Assembly: GCA_021846685.1 (NCBI GenBank)
Contig: JAJZWL010000003.1
Location: 17,700 to 81,699 of the forward strand
DNA: 64,000 nucleotides
Source of the DNA: a bacterium
GTDB lineage: Bacteria > Patescibacteriota > Dojkabacteria > JAKAPS01 > JAJZLI01
Direction: 5' to 3'
In this document: piece by piece, positions 18,758 through 28,513 of the stretch
Layout of the letters: every line of letters begins with the position of its first letter
Numbering within the stretch: the first letter of the stretch is position 1
Program-made: the position numbers and the translations under genes
Notes under the pieces: model-generated
The model's database searches: none
What the model was told of the DNA's origin: nothing
Seen by the model: the letters and a program-made list of their open reading frames with translations, nothing else

Positions 18758-20905
18758 ATGTCAAAAAGTTTAATAATAGTAGAATCTCCAACAAAAGCAG
18801 TAACCTTGTCTAAATTTTTAGATAAAGATTATACTGTTATTGCAACGAAAGGTCATATAGAAGATCTTCCAAAGAGTAAATTCGGTATAGATGTAGATAA
18901 TCATTTTGCTCCAGAATATACTATATTAAAAGATAAAGAAAAATTATTAAAAGAAATTCAAAAAGGTGTAAATAATGCAGATGATGTCTATATCGCAACA
19001 GATCCTGATAGAGAGGGGGAGGCTATTGGCTGGCATTTATTACAAAATTTAAAGTTAGATAATAAAAAAGTTCTAAGAATAACTTTTCACGAAATAACAA
19101 AAAATGCTTTGTTAGAAGCTTTGAAAAATGCTCATGATTTGAATTATGATTTAGTTAATTCTCAAGTAGCAAGAAGAGTTTTAGATAGGGTTGTTGGGTA
19201 TAAATTGTCACCACTATTGTGGGAAAAAATTAGATATGGATTGTCTGCTGGTAGAGTACAGTCAGCGGCTTTAAAATTAATAGTTGATAGAGAAAAAGAA
19301 ATTCAAGCATTTCAAACTAATGAATATTGGAATATAACTTCTGATTTTAATATTAATTCTATTGTAATAACTTTTAATTTAAACAAACTTAATTCTAAAA
19401 AGATTCAGATTAATAATGAAGATGAAGCAAATAATATTTTAAAAGATATCTCATCAGGTAAATCTCATTTAAAAGAGATAAAAAATACTCAAATAAAAAA
19501 TAATCCTAAGCCTCCATATACAACTTCTACATTGCAACAAGATGCTAATTTGAAAATAGGATTTTCTTCTAAAAAAACTATGATGATAGCTCAGATGTTA
19601 TATGAAGGATTAGATATCAATGGAGAAAATGTTGGGTTAATAACTTATATGAGAACAGATTCTGTATCATTGTCTGATAATTCTATTAATGAAATAAGAA
19701 GTTTTGTTTCAAAAGAATATCCAAAAGAGTATTTACCTAATAGTAAAAATGTTTATAAGGTGAAAACTAAATTAGCTCAAGAGGCTCATGAAGCAATCAG
19801 ACCTTCAGATATATCTAAGATTCCAGATAAAATTAAAAAATATTTAACTCCAGACCAATATAAATTATATAAATTAATATGGTCTAGAGCTATTGCTTCT
19901 CAAATGAATCCTGCTATTTACAATAATAAAAAATTACTTTTAGATGTAAAATTAGAAAAAGAAAAGAAAATTTATGATTTCTCTTCAAATTTTTCAGATT
20001 TAGCTTTTGATGGATATAAAATTATATATAATGATGATAATAAAAAAGAGAATGATAATATTATTAAGTTTCCGTTCAATGTTCTTTCTGAGATTAAAAG
20101 TGTTTTATTTATAAAGTCAGATAAATCACAGCATTTTACAGAACCTCCTGCTAGATATAATGACGCTTCATTAATCAAAAAATGTGAAGAATCAGGAATA
20201 GGAAGGCCTTCGACTTACTCATCTATAATCTCTACTTTAATTAATAGAACATATATAGAGAGAAAAGAAAGACATTTTATCCCTACAGATACAGGGATGG
20301 TAGTCAGTGATTTTTTAGAAAAATATTTTTCTAATATAGTAGATATTAATTTTACTTCTAATATGGAAGATGATTTAGATAAGGTAGCTTCTGGAAAACT
20401 TAATTGGGAAAAAGTTGTTTCTGATTTTTACTATCCATTTGACAAAGATATATTAAAAAAAGAAAAAACTATAGAAAAAAGTGATGTAACTAATTTAGGA
20501 AAATCTGATGAAAAATGTCCTGAGTGTGGCTCTGATATGTTTATTAAATTAGGCAGATATGGGAAGTTTTTAAGTTGTTCTAGATATCCTGATTGTAAGG
20601 GTATGAAATCTATGGTTGAAATTGAGGTACAAGAGGTAGATGAAAAATGTCCTGAGTGTGGCTCTGAATTAGTCTTAAAAAAAGGTAGATTTGGAGATTT
20701 TTTTGCTTGTTCTAGATATCCTGATTGTAAATATACAAAATCTTTAAAAAATAAAGAAAAGAAAATTTTAGAATTATCTTGCCCTGATTGTGGTGAAGGA
20801 AAAATAGTTGAATTAAGAAACAAAAGAGGTCAAATATTTTATGGATGTAGTAATTATCCGAAATGTCATTTTACTTCCAATAATTTAGATAAAATTAAAT
20901 CATAA
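18758..20905 (+). CDS. topA: DNA topoisomerase I with three C-terminal C4 zinc ribbons
   Basis: The Toprim domain (ESPTKA..DPDREGE) and the topo IA core are followed by three CPxCG..CSxYPxC modules. Confidence 0.92.
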   Translation: MSKSLIIVESPTKAVTLSKFLDKDYTVIATKGHIEDLPKSKFGIDVDNHFAPEYTILKDKEKLLKEIQKGVNNADDVYIATDPDREGEAIGWHLLQNLKLDNKKVLRITFHEITKNALLEALKNAHDLNYDLVNSQVARRVLDRVVGYKLSPLLWEKIRYGLSAGRVQSAALKLIVDREKEIQAFQTNEYWNITSDFNINSIVITFNLNKLNSKKIQINNEDEANNILKDISSGKSHLKEIKNTQIKNNPKPPYTTSTLQQDANLKIGFSSKKTMMIAQMLYEGLDINGENVGLITYMRTDSVSLSDNSINEIRSFVSKEYPKEYLPNSKNVYKVKTKLAQEAHEAIRPSDISKIPDKIKKYLTPDQYKLYKLIWSRAIASQMNPAIYNNKKLLLDVKLEKEKKIYDFSSNFSDLAFDGYKIIYNDDNKKENDNIIKFPFNVLSEIKSVLFIKSDKSQHFTEPPARYNDASLIKKCEESGIGRPSTYSSIISTLINRTYIERKERHFIPTDTGMVVSDFLEKYFSNIVDINFTSNMEDDLDKVASGKLNWEKVVSDFYYPFDKDILKKEKTIEKSDVTNLGKSDEKCPECGSDMFIKLGRYGKFLSCSRYPDCKGMKSMVEIEVQEVDEKCPECGSELVLKKGRFGDFFACSRYPDCKYTKSLKNKEKKILELSCPDCGEGKIVELRNKRGQIFYGCSNYPKCHFTSNNLDKIKS
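20508..20735 (+). repeat. Intragenic tandem duplication (about 132-bp period) encoding topA zinc-ribbon modules
   Basis: Two near-identical 25-28-nt blocks (atgaaaaatgtcctgagtgtggctctga and tgttctagatatcctgattgtaa) each recur 132 bp apart. Confidence 0.6.
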
Positions 20906-21104
20906 AGTGAAGTTCAGTATAATTTACTAAAGAAATTAAATGTAACTATAGATGCTGATATAAATTATGTTTGTTTTGCCACTAATTTGTCATACATATT
21001 TATAGATGTTATAATTATTTCATTAATTTATATCATACACACTTAAATATCTCTTTGCTTAGTATACTAAGGCTATTTTTAAGTGGAAGTTTAAAGGAGA
21101 AAAT

Positions 21105-21782
21105 ATGGAAATAACATTACAAGATCTACTTCAAGCAGGAGTTCACTTTGGTCATCAAACTAAAAGGTGGAATCCTAAAATGAAAAAATATATATATACC
21201 TCAGTTAGTAATTCTCACATAATAAATCTAGATATGACATTAGATTTATTGAATGACGCTGTTAAGTTCTTATTAACATTAGATCCTAAAAATATATTAT
21301 TTGTTGGAACAAAAAAACAAATACAAGATATTGTTAAAGATAAAGCTATGTTAATAAATTCTTTTTATATAAATGAAAGATGGCCTGGTGGTCTTTTGAC
21401 TAACTTTAAAACAATATCATTAAGTTTAAAAAAGATAGATGAGTATGATAAATTATTATCAGAAGATCCTGCAAATAGTGGAAGAACAAAATTAGAAATT
21501 TTGAAAATATCAGAAGACAGATCTAAATTATTAAGAATATATGGAGGTATTAGAGGAATTTCTCAAAAATTAGATGCAATTGTTGTTGTAGATGTTAAGA
21601 TAGAACAAGTAGCTATTAAAGAAGCAAAAAAATTGGGAATTCCTATAGTTGCAATAGTAGATACTAATGTAGATCCAGATCTTATTGATTATCCTATTCC
21701 AGGGAATGATGATGGTATAAAATCTGTAGATTTGCTATTGAGTTATATTGTTAATAATATTAAAAATAAAAAAAAGGAGTAA
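21105..21782 (+). CDS. rpsB: 30S ribosomal protein S2
   Basis: LLQAGVHFGHQTKRWNPKM is the S2 signature. It has a GGAG ribosome-binding site. Confidence 0.92.
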   Translation: MEITLQDLLQAGVHFGHQTKRWNPKMKKYIYTSVSNSHIINLDMTLDLLNDAVKFLLTLDPKNILFVGTKKQIQDIVKDKAMLINSFYINERWPGGLLTNFKTISLSLKKIDEYDKLLSEDPANSGRTKLEILKISEDRSKLLRIYGGIRGISQKLDAIVVVDVKIEQVAIKEAKKLGIPIVAIVDTNVDPDLIDYPIPGNDDGIKSVDLLLSYIVNNIKNKKKE

Positions 21783-21786
21783 TAAT

Positions 21787-22380
21787 ATGAGTATAGATTT
21801 GAATTTAATAAGGCAATTGAGAGATATGACTGGAGCAGGGGTTAATGATTGTAAAAAAGCCCTTGAAGAAGCCTCTAATAATTTAGAAGAAGCAGTTAAG
21901 ATTTTAAGAAAAAATGGAATATCTAAGTCACTATCTAAAAGTAGTAGAGAAGTGACTGAGGGATGGATTGGAAGTTATATCCATCATAATGGAAAATTAG
22001 CTTCATTAGTTATTTTAAAATGTGAAACTGATTTTGTGGCTAGAACAGATATTTTTAAAGATTTAGCTCATTCTTTAGCAGTACAGGTGGTAACTTCAGA
22101 TCCTATTTATATTTCTAGGGATGATGTTCCAAAAGAAGTATTAGATAAAGAAATTGAAATGATCAAAGAAGATAAAAATTTTGGTGATAAGAAAAAAGAT
22201 GTTCAGGATAAGATGATTGAAGGTAAGTTAGAAAGAATGTATTCTGAAATATGTTTTATGGATCAACCTTTTTATAAAGATGATAAGATAAAAGTTTCTG
22301 ATGTTATAACTGAAGCTATTTCAAAAACAGGAGAAAATATAAAGATACAAAAGTTTGTTAGGTTTGAGTTAGGTAGTTAA
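21787..22380 (+). CDS. tsf: Elongation factor Ts (short form)
   Basis: LIRQLRDMTGAGVNDCKKALEE is the UBA-like N-terminus of EF-Ts. The start was moved to the Met at 21787, just after the rpsB stop. Confidence 0.85.
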   Translation: MSIDLNLIRQLRDMTGAGVNDCKKALEEASNNLEEAVKILRKNGISKSLSKSSREVTEGWIGSYIHHNGKLASLVILKCETDFVARTDIFKDLAHSLAVQVVTSDPIYISRDDVPKEVLDKEIEMIKEDKNFGDKKKDVQDKMIEGKLERMYSEICFMDQPFYKDDKIKVSDVITEAISKTGENIKIQKFVRFELGS

Positions 22381-22928
22381 TGGATACAAAAGAGTTTAAA
22401 GGTAAAATATTAAAAAATATTGATTTTTTTTCTCAAGATATAAAGTCTTTAAATACAGGAAAAGCTAATATTTCATTAATTGAAGATATTAAGGTTGCTG
22501 CATATTCGAGTTTAATGCCATTATCTCAAATAGCAACTCTTACGACTCCAGAATTTAATACAATATTAATTCAACCTTGGGATAAATTAAATATAGATCC
22601 TATTTATAATGCCTTGATAAGTTCTAATATTGGATTAAATCCTATAAAGTCAGTAGATGAAATAAGACTTCCAATTCCTCCTTTAAGCGAGGAAAGAAGA
22701 AAAGAGTATGTTAAACTATTAAGTACAAAATTAGAGAATTCTAGAATTTCAATAAGAAATATTAGAAAGGATTTTTTAAATCATTTAAAAAATCAAGAAG
22801 AAAAGAAAGAGATTAGTGAGAGTGAAGAAGAGAGGATAGAAGAAGATATTGAAAAGATTATACAGGATAGTAATGAAGAATTGAATAAGATATATGAACA
22901 TAAGAAACAAGAACTTTTAACCATATAA
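22380..22928 (+). CDS. frr: Ribosome recycling factor
   Basis: RRF family length and pattern (..NTGKANISLIEDIKV..PEFNTILIQPWD..). Confidence 0.88.
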   Translation: MDTKEFKGKILKNIDFFSQDIKSLNTGKANISLIEDIKVAAYSSLMPLSQIATLTTPEFNTILIQPWDKLNIDPIYNALISSNIGLNPIKSVDEIRLPIPPLSEERRKEYVKLLSTKLENSRISIRNIRKDFLNHLKNQEEKKEISESEEERIEEDIEKIIQDSNEELNKIYEHKKQELLTI

Positions 22929-22932
22929 TAAT

Positions 22933-24087
22933 ATGATATACGTAATAACTCTTATAATTTTCATAATATTATTAAGCTTTTTAATAATAATTCATGAGTG
23001 GGGACATATGTATGTTGCCTTGAAAAGAGGAGTTATTGTGCAAAGTTTTGCAATAGGATTTGGGCCTAAACTTTTTTCATTTACTAAGAATGGTGTAGAG
23101 TACAGAATAAATATTTTGCCCTTTGGTGGTTATGTTAGTTTATTTGGAGATGATGATCCAACTAAAAAATTAAAAGGCTCTTTGTCTGCAGCAACTCCAC
23201 TAACTAAATTTTTGATAACTATAGCAGGTGTGTTCATGAATTTTATCTTTGCTGTGATAGCTTTATTTGTATTTTTAATTTTTATTAATTTTAAGTTTTA
23301 TTATTCTAATATTATTCCTAATTTTCATTTTACATTTGGAACTAATGTAAATAATATATTATTCTCGCCAATACCTCATAATAAAACTTCCTCTTTGTCT
23401 AAAGATCACGTTAAACCTGGGGTATATATTATAAATAGGGTTAATAATGTTAATATAAATTCAATTAGTCAGTTGGAAAATATAGTTTCGAAGAACAAGG
23501 GAAAATATTTGAAATTTAATTATTCTAATGTAAATAATTTGAGTCTTTTTGGTATTTCAATCGGAAAATCTTACAATAAAGAATTTTTATCTAGAAAAAG
23601 TTATCCGAAAAATTCAGGGCCAGTAGGTATTTCTATTGAAAAAATATCGCATATAGAATTTAACTCTATTTTATCTAAAATAGGCGCATTAGTGACCTTT
23701 CCATATGATGTACTACAATTAACATTTCAGGGATTCTCTTATCTTATTCATGAATCTATAAAGCAAAATAATTCTAAAATTTTAACTAGTCAGGTTGCAG
23801 GACCAGTTGGTATCTATATGTATACTAATATATTATTTCAGAATGATGGATTAGTAGGTATTATTTTTATATTTGGAATAATATCGTTATCATTGTCAAT
23901 TATGAATTTACTACCAATACCTCCTTTAGATGGATTTTATGTATTATTGGCTATTTTAGAAGGAGTTTTCTCTATCAAAATAAATGATAAGTTAATGTAT
24001 TATTTATCTATAATAGGAGTAGTATTCTTTATCATATTAATGATATTAGTTACCCTAAATGACTTAATAAATTTTAAAATAATATAA
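22933..24087 (+). CDS. rseP: RIP metalloprotease RseP (M50 site-2 protease)
   Basis: An HEWGH motif in TM1, an internal PDZ-like region and a C-terminal LLPIPPLDG motif are present. It follows frr, as is common. Confidence 0.8.
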   Translation: MIYVITLIIFIILLSFLIIIHEWGHMYVALKRGVIVQSFAIGFGPKLFSFTKNGVEYRINILPFGGYVSLFGDDDPTKKLKGSLSAATPLTKFLITIAGVFMNFIFAVIALFVFLIFINFKFYYSNIIPNFHFTFGTNVNNILFSPIPHNKTSSLSKDHVKPGVYIINRVNNVNINSISQLENIVSKNKGKYLKFNYSNVNNLSLFGISIGKSYNKEFLSRKSYPKNSGPVGISIEKISHIEFNSILSKIGALVTFPYDVLQLTFQGFSYLIHESIKQNNSKILTSQVAGPVGIYMYTNILFQNDGLVGIIFIFGIISLSLSIMNLLPIPPLDGFYVLLAILEGVFSIKINDKLMYYLSIIGVVFFIILMILVTLNDLINFKII

Positions 24088-24133
24088 ATTTGTTGACATA
24101 ATATTTTTGTGATATACTACAATATGTGTTTTT

Positions 24134-24487
24134 ATGTCTATATGCATGGAAGATGTTTGTATATTTTGTAAAATTATAAGAAAAGAGATAGATTCAAATA
24201 TAATATTTGAAGATGATAAATTTATAGTTTTTTCAGATATCTCTCCTGTTGCAGAAATACATAAACTCATAGTTCCTAAAAAACATATAAATAATTTAAC
24301 TGATTTTAAAGATAATAGTCTGATTATTTATTGGGAAGATGTCATTAAAGTAATAAATAAATTAGTAGATATTTTAGAAGTTTCTAATTTTAAAATAGTT
24401 ATAAATAATGGCGATAAATTACAATTAGTTAAGCATTTACATTTGCATTTCCTTTCTGGAGAAAAAGTAAATGATAAAGTTAATTAG
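24134..24487 (+). CDS. HIT-family nucleotide hydrolase
   Basis: CIFCKI at the N-terminus and an HLHLHF histidine-triad motif. Confidence 0.75.
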   Translation: MSICMEDVCIFCKIIRKEIDSNIIFEDDKFIVFSDISPVAEIHKLIVPKKHINNLTDFKDNSLIIYWEDVIKVINKLVDILEVSNFKIVINNGDKLQLVKHLHLHFLSGEKVNDKVN

Positions 24488-24501
24488 GAGGTGAATTAAA
24501 T

Positions 24502-24729
24502 ATGGCAATCATAGTAAGAGAAAATGAAGCATTTGAGTCTGCTTGGAGGCGTTTTACTCGAGAATTAATAAGTAATGGAGTTCTTGAAGAACTTAAAGAT
24601 AGAGCTTATTATAAAAAACCTTCAGTAGAAAGAACTGCTTTAAGAAGAGAATTTAAAAAAAGAAAAACAAAACATCATAGAGCTATGAGAAAAATTAGAA
24701 GTAAATATGGTAAAGGTTTTTCTATGTAA
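24502..24729 (+). CDS. rpsU: 30S ribosomal protein S21
   Basis: MAIIVRENEAFESAWRRFTR.. with a basic C-terminus, preceded by a GGAGG ribosome-binding site. Confidence 0.85.
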   Translation: MAIIVRENEAFESAWRRFTRELISNGVLEELKDRAYYKKPSVERTALRREFKKRKTKHHRAMRKIRSKYGKGFSM

Positions 24730-24735
24730 TTAATT

Positions 24736-25176
24736 ATGTATAAAAAGTTACAAGAAGATTTAAAAGAAGCTATAAAAACAAAAGACAGAGATAGATTGTC
24801 TGTAATTAGGTTATTATCTTCTAAATTGAAAGATGAATCTATAAATTTGCATGTAAAAGAAATCAGTGATGATGTATTTTTTGATGTTTTGAAGAAATAT
24901 ATAAAACAAAATAAAGAGAATATTATAAATTATAATAATTTAAATAGAGAAGATTTGGCTAAAAAAGAAGAATATGAATTATCTATTTTAGAACTATATA
25001 TGCCAGTTCAACTCTCTGAAGATGAATTAATAGATATTATTAAAAAAGAAGTCAGTGGTATAGCAGATTTTTCTCAAAAAGATATAGGTGTAATCATTAA
25101 AAATATTACAGAAAAATATACAAATAGAGTAGATGGGAAAAGAATAAGTGATATTATTCGCAAATTATATTTATGA
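24736..25176 (+). CDS. GatB/YqeY-domain protein
   Basis: The family pattern is present, with the conserved rpsU-yqeY adjacency seen in Firmicutes-like genomes. Confidence 0.6.
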   Translation: MYKKLQEDLKEAIKTKDRDRLSVIRLLSSKLKDESINLHVKEISDDVFFDVLKKYIKQNKENIINYNNLNREDLAKKEEYELSILELYMPVQLSEDELIDIIKKEVSGIADFSQKDIGVIIKNITEKYTNRVDGKRISDIIRKLYL

Positions 25177-25589
25177 TATATCAAAGCTATAAAAACTTCT
25201 ATGATATAGATGAAAATAGATTTAATTATATATCTTCTTATGTTTTTAATTATCTCAATTTAGAAAAAAAACAATTTTCCTTATTTATTGTGGGAAAATC
25301 CAAAATAAGGAATTTAAATAAAATATATCATCATTTAGATACATATACCGATATAATATCTTTAGAATATAAGGACCCTTTTTATATCGGCGAAATTTTT
25401 ATTAGTCCTGATTTAGTACATAAGAATTCACAAAGATTTAACTGTACATTTTTTATAGAATTAGATAGAGTGTTTATACATGGACTCTTACATATATTAG
25501 GGTATAATCATATTAATACTTTAAATAATCATGAAAAAATGTTTATAATTCAGGAAGATATATTAAAAAAACTTAAATGGAATATTTAA
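25173..25589 (+). CDS. ybeY: Endoribonuclease YbeY (rRNA maturation)
   Basis: The HGLLHILGYNH zinc-binding motif. Confidence 0.85.
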   Translation: MIYQSYKNFYDIDENRFNYISSYVFNYLNLEKKQFSLFIVGKSKIRNLNKIYHHLDTYTDIISLEYKDPFYIGEIFISPDLVHKNSQRFNCTFFIELDRVFIHGLLHILGYNHINTLNNHEKMFIIQEDILKKLKWNI

Positions 25590-26089
25590 TTATAGGTTTG
25601 GGAAATCCAGGAAATGAATATTTACATACAAGGCATAATTTAGGCTTTATTTTTGTAGATTTTATTGTAAATAAACTAGGACTTAATTCAAATGATTTTA
25701 GTTTTAATAAAAATTTTAATGCCGAGATATTAAAATATAATACTATCTTATTTTTAAAACCTATGACTTTTATGAATAATTCCGGATATTCAGTATCAAA
25801 GGCAATAAATTATTATGACTTTAAGAATATATATTTAATCTATGATGATTTAGATCTGCATTTAGGAGATTTTAAAATTGGCGAAAAAAGTCCTAAATCA
25901 CATAATGGAGTAATTTCAACCAAAGAACAAATTAATCAGGAATTTATTAGTATAAGAATTGGTATTAATTCTGATAGAAATCCAAATATTACGGGAGCAG
26001 ATTATGTTTTAGGAAAAATTTCTAAGGAAGAACAAGAAATACTAATTACAGTATTTGAAAATATAATTAAACAACTTACTTTTTTATAA
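25577..26089 (+). CDS. pth: Peptidyl-tRNA hydrolase
   Basis: IIGLGNPGNEY..TRHNLGF N-terminal signature. Confidence 0.88.
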   Translation: MEYLIIGLGNPGNEYLHTRHNLGFIFVDFIVNKLGLNSNDFSFNKNFNAEILKYNTILFLKPMTFMNNSGYSVSKAINYYDFKNIYLIYDDLDLHLGDFKIGEKSPKSHNGVISTKEQINQEFISIRIGINSDRNPNITGADYVLGKISKEEQEILITVFENIIKQLTFL

Positions 26090-26093
26090 AATT

Positions 26094-28478
26094 TTGAAAG
26101 ATAACAATATATTTAATATTCAAAATATTTTTGAATTAGATAGAAATTTTTCTAATTTAAAAAAAATGATAAATAATGATGTAGATTCATCTATTAAGGT
26201 GTCTGGCATACCTGAGCCTATTATATATTTTTTCCCTGAATTAGTAGAATCATTTTTAGAAAATTATTCATTTAGTTATTCATATAAAAATGTTCATTTT
26301 GATTATTTCATAATTGATAAAAAAACTACATATTCAGAATTATTAGAAATTTTAAGTAGTCTTTCTTTTTATGAAAAAGTAGATATTATAGATAATAATT
26401 CTGAATACTCTATTTTAGGTGACAAGATAGATATATCATTCAATAATATTATTTACAGATTTATATTCTTTGGAGAAGATTTGGAAGATATTTCTATAAG
26501 AGATTTTCTGACTTTTAAATACTTATTTTCAGTAGACAGAGTTTATCTCTATAAAGAAAGTGATATATATTTATCTTCTTTTCTTAAAAATCTATCAAAG
26601 ACATCAGTATATTTTTCAGAAGAACTGGATACTGCTGATCTGAAATTTGATTATATCTTATTTCCAAAGTATTATTTATCTTATGAAAATTTATCTAGAT
26701 TTATTCCGGAAGGTATAGATAATATAATAATATCTAGTTCTAAGGGTAATATAGAAGAAGAGTATTTCAAAAATAAAAAAATTATATATACAAATTTAAA
26801 TTTTCCATGTGGTTTTTATTCTTTAAATTCAAAATGTGCAATATTGACTGATGTTGAATTATATGGAGAATTTAATTTAAATATCTATAGAAGTAAAAAA
26901 AGTAAACGTATAGTAACAGATTTTATAGATGGAAAGATTTATGAAGGTGATTATATTGTCCATATAAATCATGGTATTGGTATTTTTAAGGGTATTATAT
27001 CTAAAAAAATTAATAATGAATCAAAAGATTTTTTAATAATAGAATATGCAAATGAGGATAAATTGTTTATTCCAATTGAAATTTCAGATAGAATAACCAA
27101 ATATATTTCATCGTATAATAAAAAGCCTAAATTAACGCGACTAGGTACTTCAGAATGGCTCAATATTAAGAAAAAAGTTTCTAAAGAGATAGAAGATATA
27201 GCAAAAGAGATAATATTTACTCATGCTCAAAGAAATATTGCAAAAAGATCTTTTCTGTATACCCCAAGTGATTTAGAAGATGAATTTAATGCTCAATTTG
27301 AGCATATAGAAACAAGTGATCAGTTATTAGCTATAGATGATGTAAGAAAAGATATGTATTCTGAAAAAATTATGGATAGGTTAATAGTAGGAGATGTAGG
27401 GTTTGGTAAAACTGAAGTAGCAGCAAGAGCTTCATTTATAGCAGTGATCAATGATAAGCAAGTTTTAATTGTGGCCCCAACAACTATATTGGTAGAGCAA
27501 CATTATCAGGTATTTCGAAAAAGATTTTCTTCATTTCCAGTTAACATAGCATCTTTAAGTCGAAATACAAGGGCAAAAGATAGAAAAGATATTCATAATA
27601 AGATCAAAAGTGGAGAATTAGATATATTAATTTCTACTCATAAAGCATTTTTTGAGAATTTAGAGTTTAAAAATTTAGGATTAATAGTTGTAGATGAAGA
27701 GCAACGATTTGGTGTTAAGCAAAAAGAAAAATTAAAAAATATAAAAATAGATGTAGATTATTTATCAATGACTGCCACTCCTATTCCTAGAACTTTATAT
27801 TCTGCGTTTACAGGAATAAAAGATATTAGTATCATATCAACCCCTCCAGTAGGGAGAACCTCTATTAAAACAGATATAATAGATTTTGATATAAAGAATT
27901 TTGGAGAAATAGTTAATCTTGAAATTAGGAGAGGTGGGCAAGTATTTTTTTTACATAATAATATATCTACTTTATATAATATAAAGAGTTTATTTAATAA
28001 TTATTATCCAAATATCAAAATTGAAATAGCTTTTGGTGCTATAAATAATTTAGATAATATTTTGTCTCGATTCAAGAATAAAGAATTTGATATGCTTATC
28101 TCTACTTCTATTATAGAGAATGGAATAGATTTTCCTAATGTAAATACTATCATTATAAATCAAGCATTTAGATTTGGTTTAGCTCAGTTATATCAAATTA
28201 GGGGTAGAGTAGGTAGGTCAGATCGATCATCCTATTGTTATTTAGTCTGTCCTCAAAAAATATTAATGAATAATAAAATTATTAAAGAAAGACTAAATAC
28301 TTTAGTGAAAAATCAAAATGTAGGGAGTGGTTTTAATATTTCTATTAAAGATTTGGAAATAAGAGGCGCAGGAGATTTGGTAGGAGTCAATCAACATGGT
28401 AATATATATAGAGTTGGGTTTGATTTATATTCTCAGATTTTACAAAAAATTATAGATGATATTAATGCTCAAAATTAA
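26094..28478 (+). CDS. mfd: Transcription-repair coupling factor, compact form (794 aa)
   Basis: A superfamily 2 translocase (GDVGFGKTEVA, DEEQRFG, QLYQIRGRVGR) is placed after pth. The N-terminal UvrB-homology region is shortened. Confidence 0.75.
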   Translation: MKDNNIFNIQNIFELDRNFSNLKKMINNDVDSSIKVSGIPEPIIYFFPELVESFLENYSFSYSYKNVHFDYFIIDKKTTYSELLEILSSLSFYEKVDIIDNNSEYSILGDKIDISFNNIIYRFIFFGEDLEDISIRDFLTFKYLFSVDRVYLYKESDIYLSSFLKNLSKTSVYFSEELDTADLKFDYILFPKYYLSYENLSRFIPEGIDNIIISSSKGNIEEEYFKNKKIIYTNLNFPCGFYSLNSKCAILTDVELYGEFNLNIYRSKKSKRIVTDFIDGKIYEGDYIVHINHGIGIFKGIISKKINNESKDFLIIEYANEDKLFIPIEISDRITKYISSYNKKPKLTRLGTSEWLNIKKKVSKEIEDIAKEIIFTHAQRNIAKRSFLYTPSDLEDEFNAQFEHIETSDQLLAIDDVRKDMYSEKIMDRLIVGDVGFGKTEVAARASFIAVINDKQVLIVAPTTILVEQHYQVFRKRFSSFPVNIASLSRNTRAKDRKDIHNKIKSGELDILISTHKAFFENLEFKNLGLIVVDEEQRFGVKQKEKLKNIKIDVDYLSMTATPIPRTLYSAFTGIKDISIISTPPVGRTSIKTDIIDFDIKNFGEIVNLEIRRGGQVFFLHNNISTLYNIKSLFNNYYPNIKIEIAFGAINNLDNILSRFKNKEFDMLISTSIIENGIDFPNVNTIIINQAFRFGLAQLYQIRGRVGRSDRSSYCYLVCPQKILMNNKIIKERLNTLVKNQNVGSGFNISIKDLEIRGAGDLVGVNQHGNIYRVGFDLYSQILQKIIDDINAQN

Positions 28479-28513
28479 TTCTTTTTTATGAATTTTTATT
28501 ATATAATAAGCCT

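Noticed and set aside
20431-20823. 130-aa minus-strand ORF inside topA
   Set aside because: It is an antisense artefact of the duplicated zinc-ribbon DNA repeat. The sense strand encodes a well-conserved topA.
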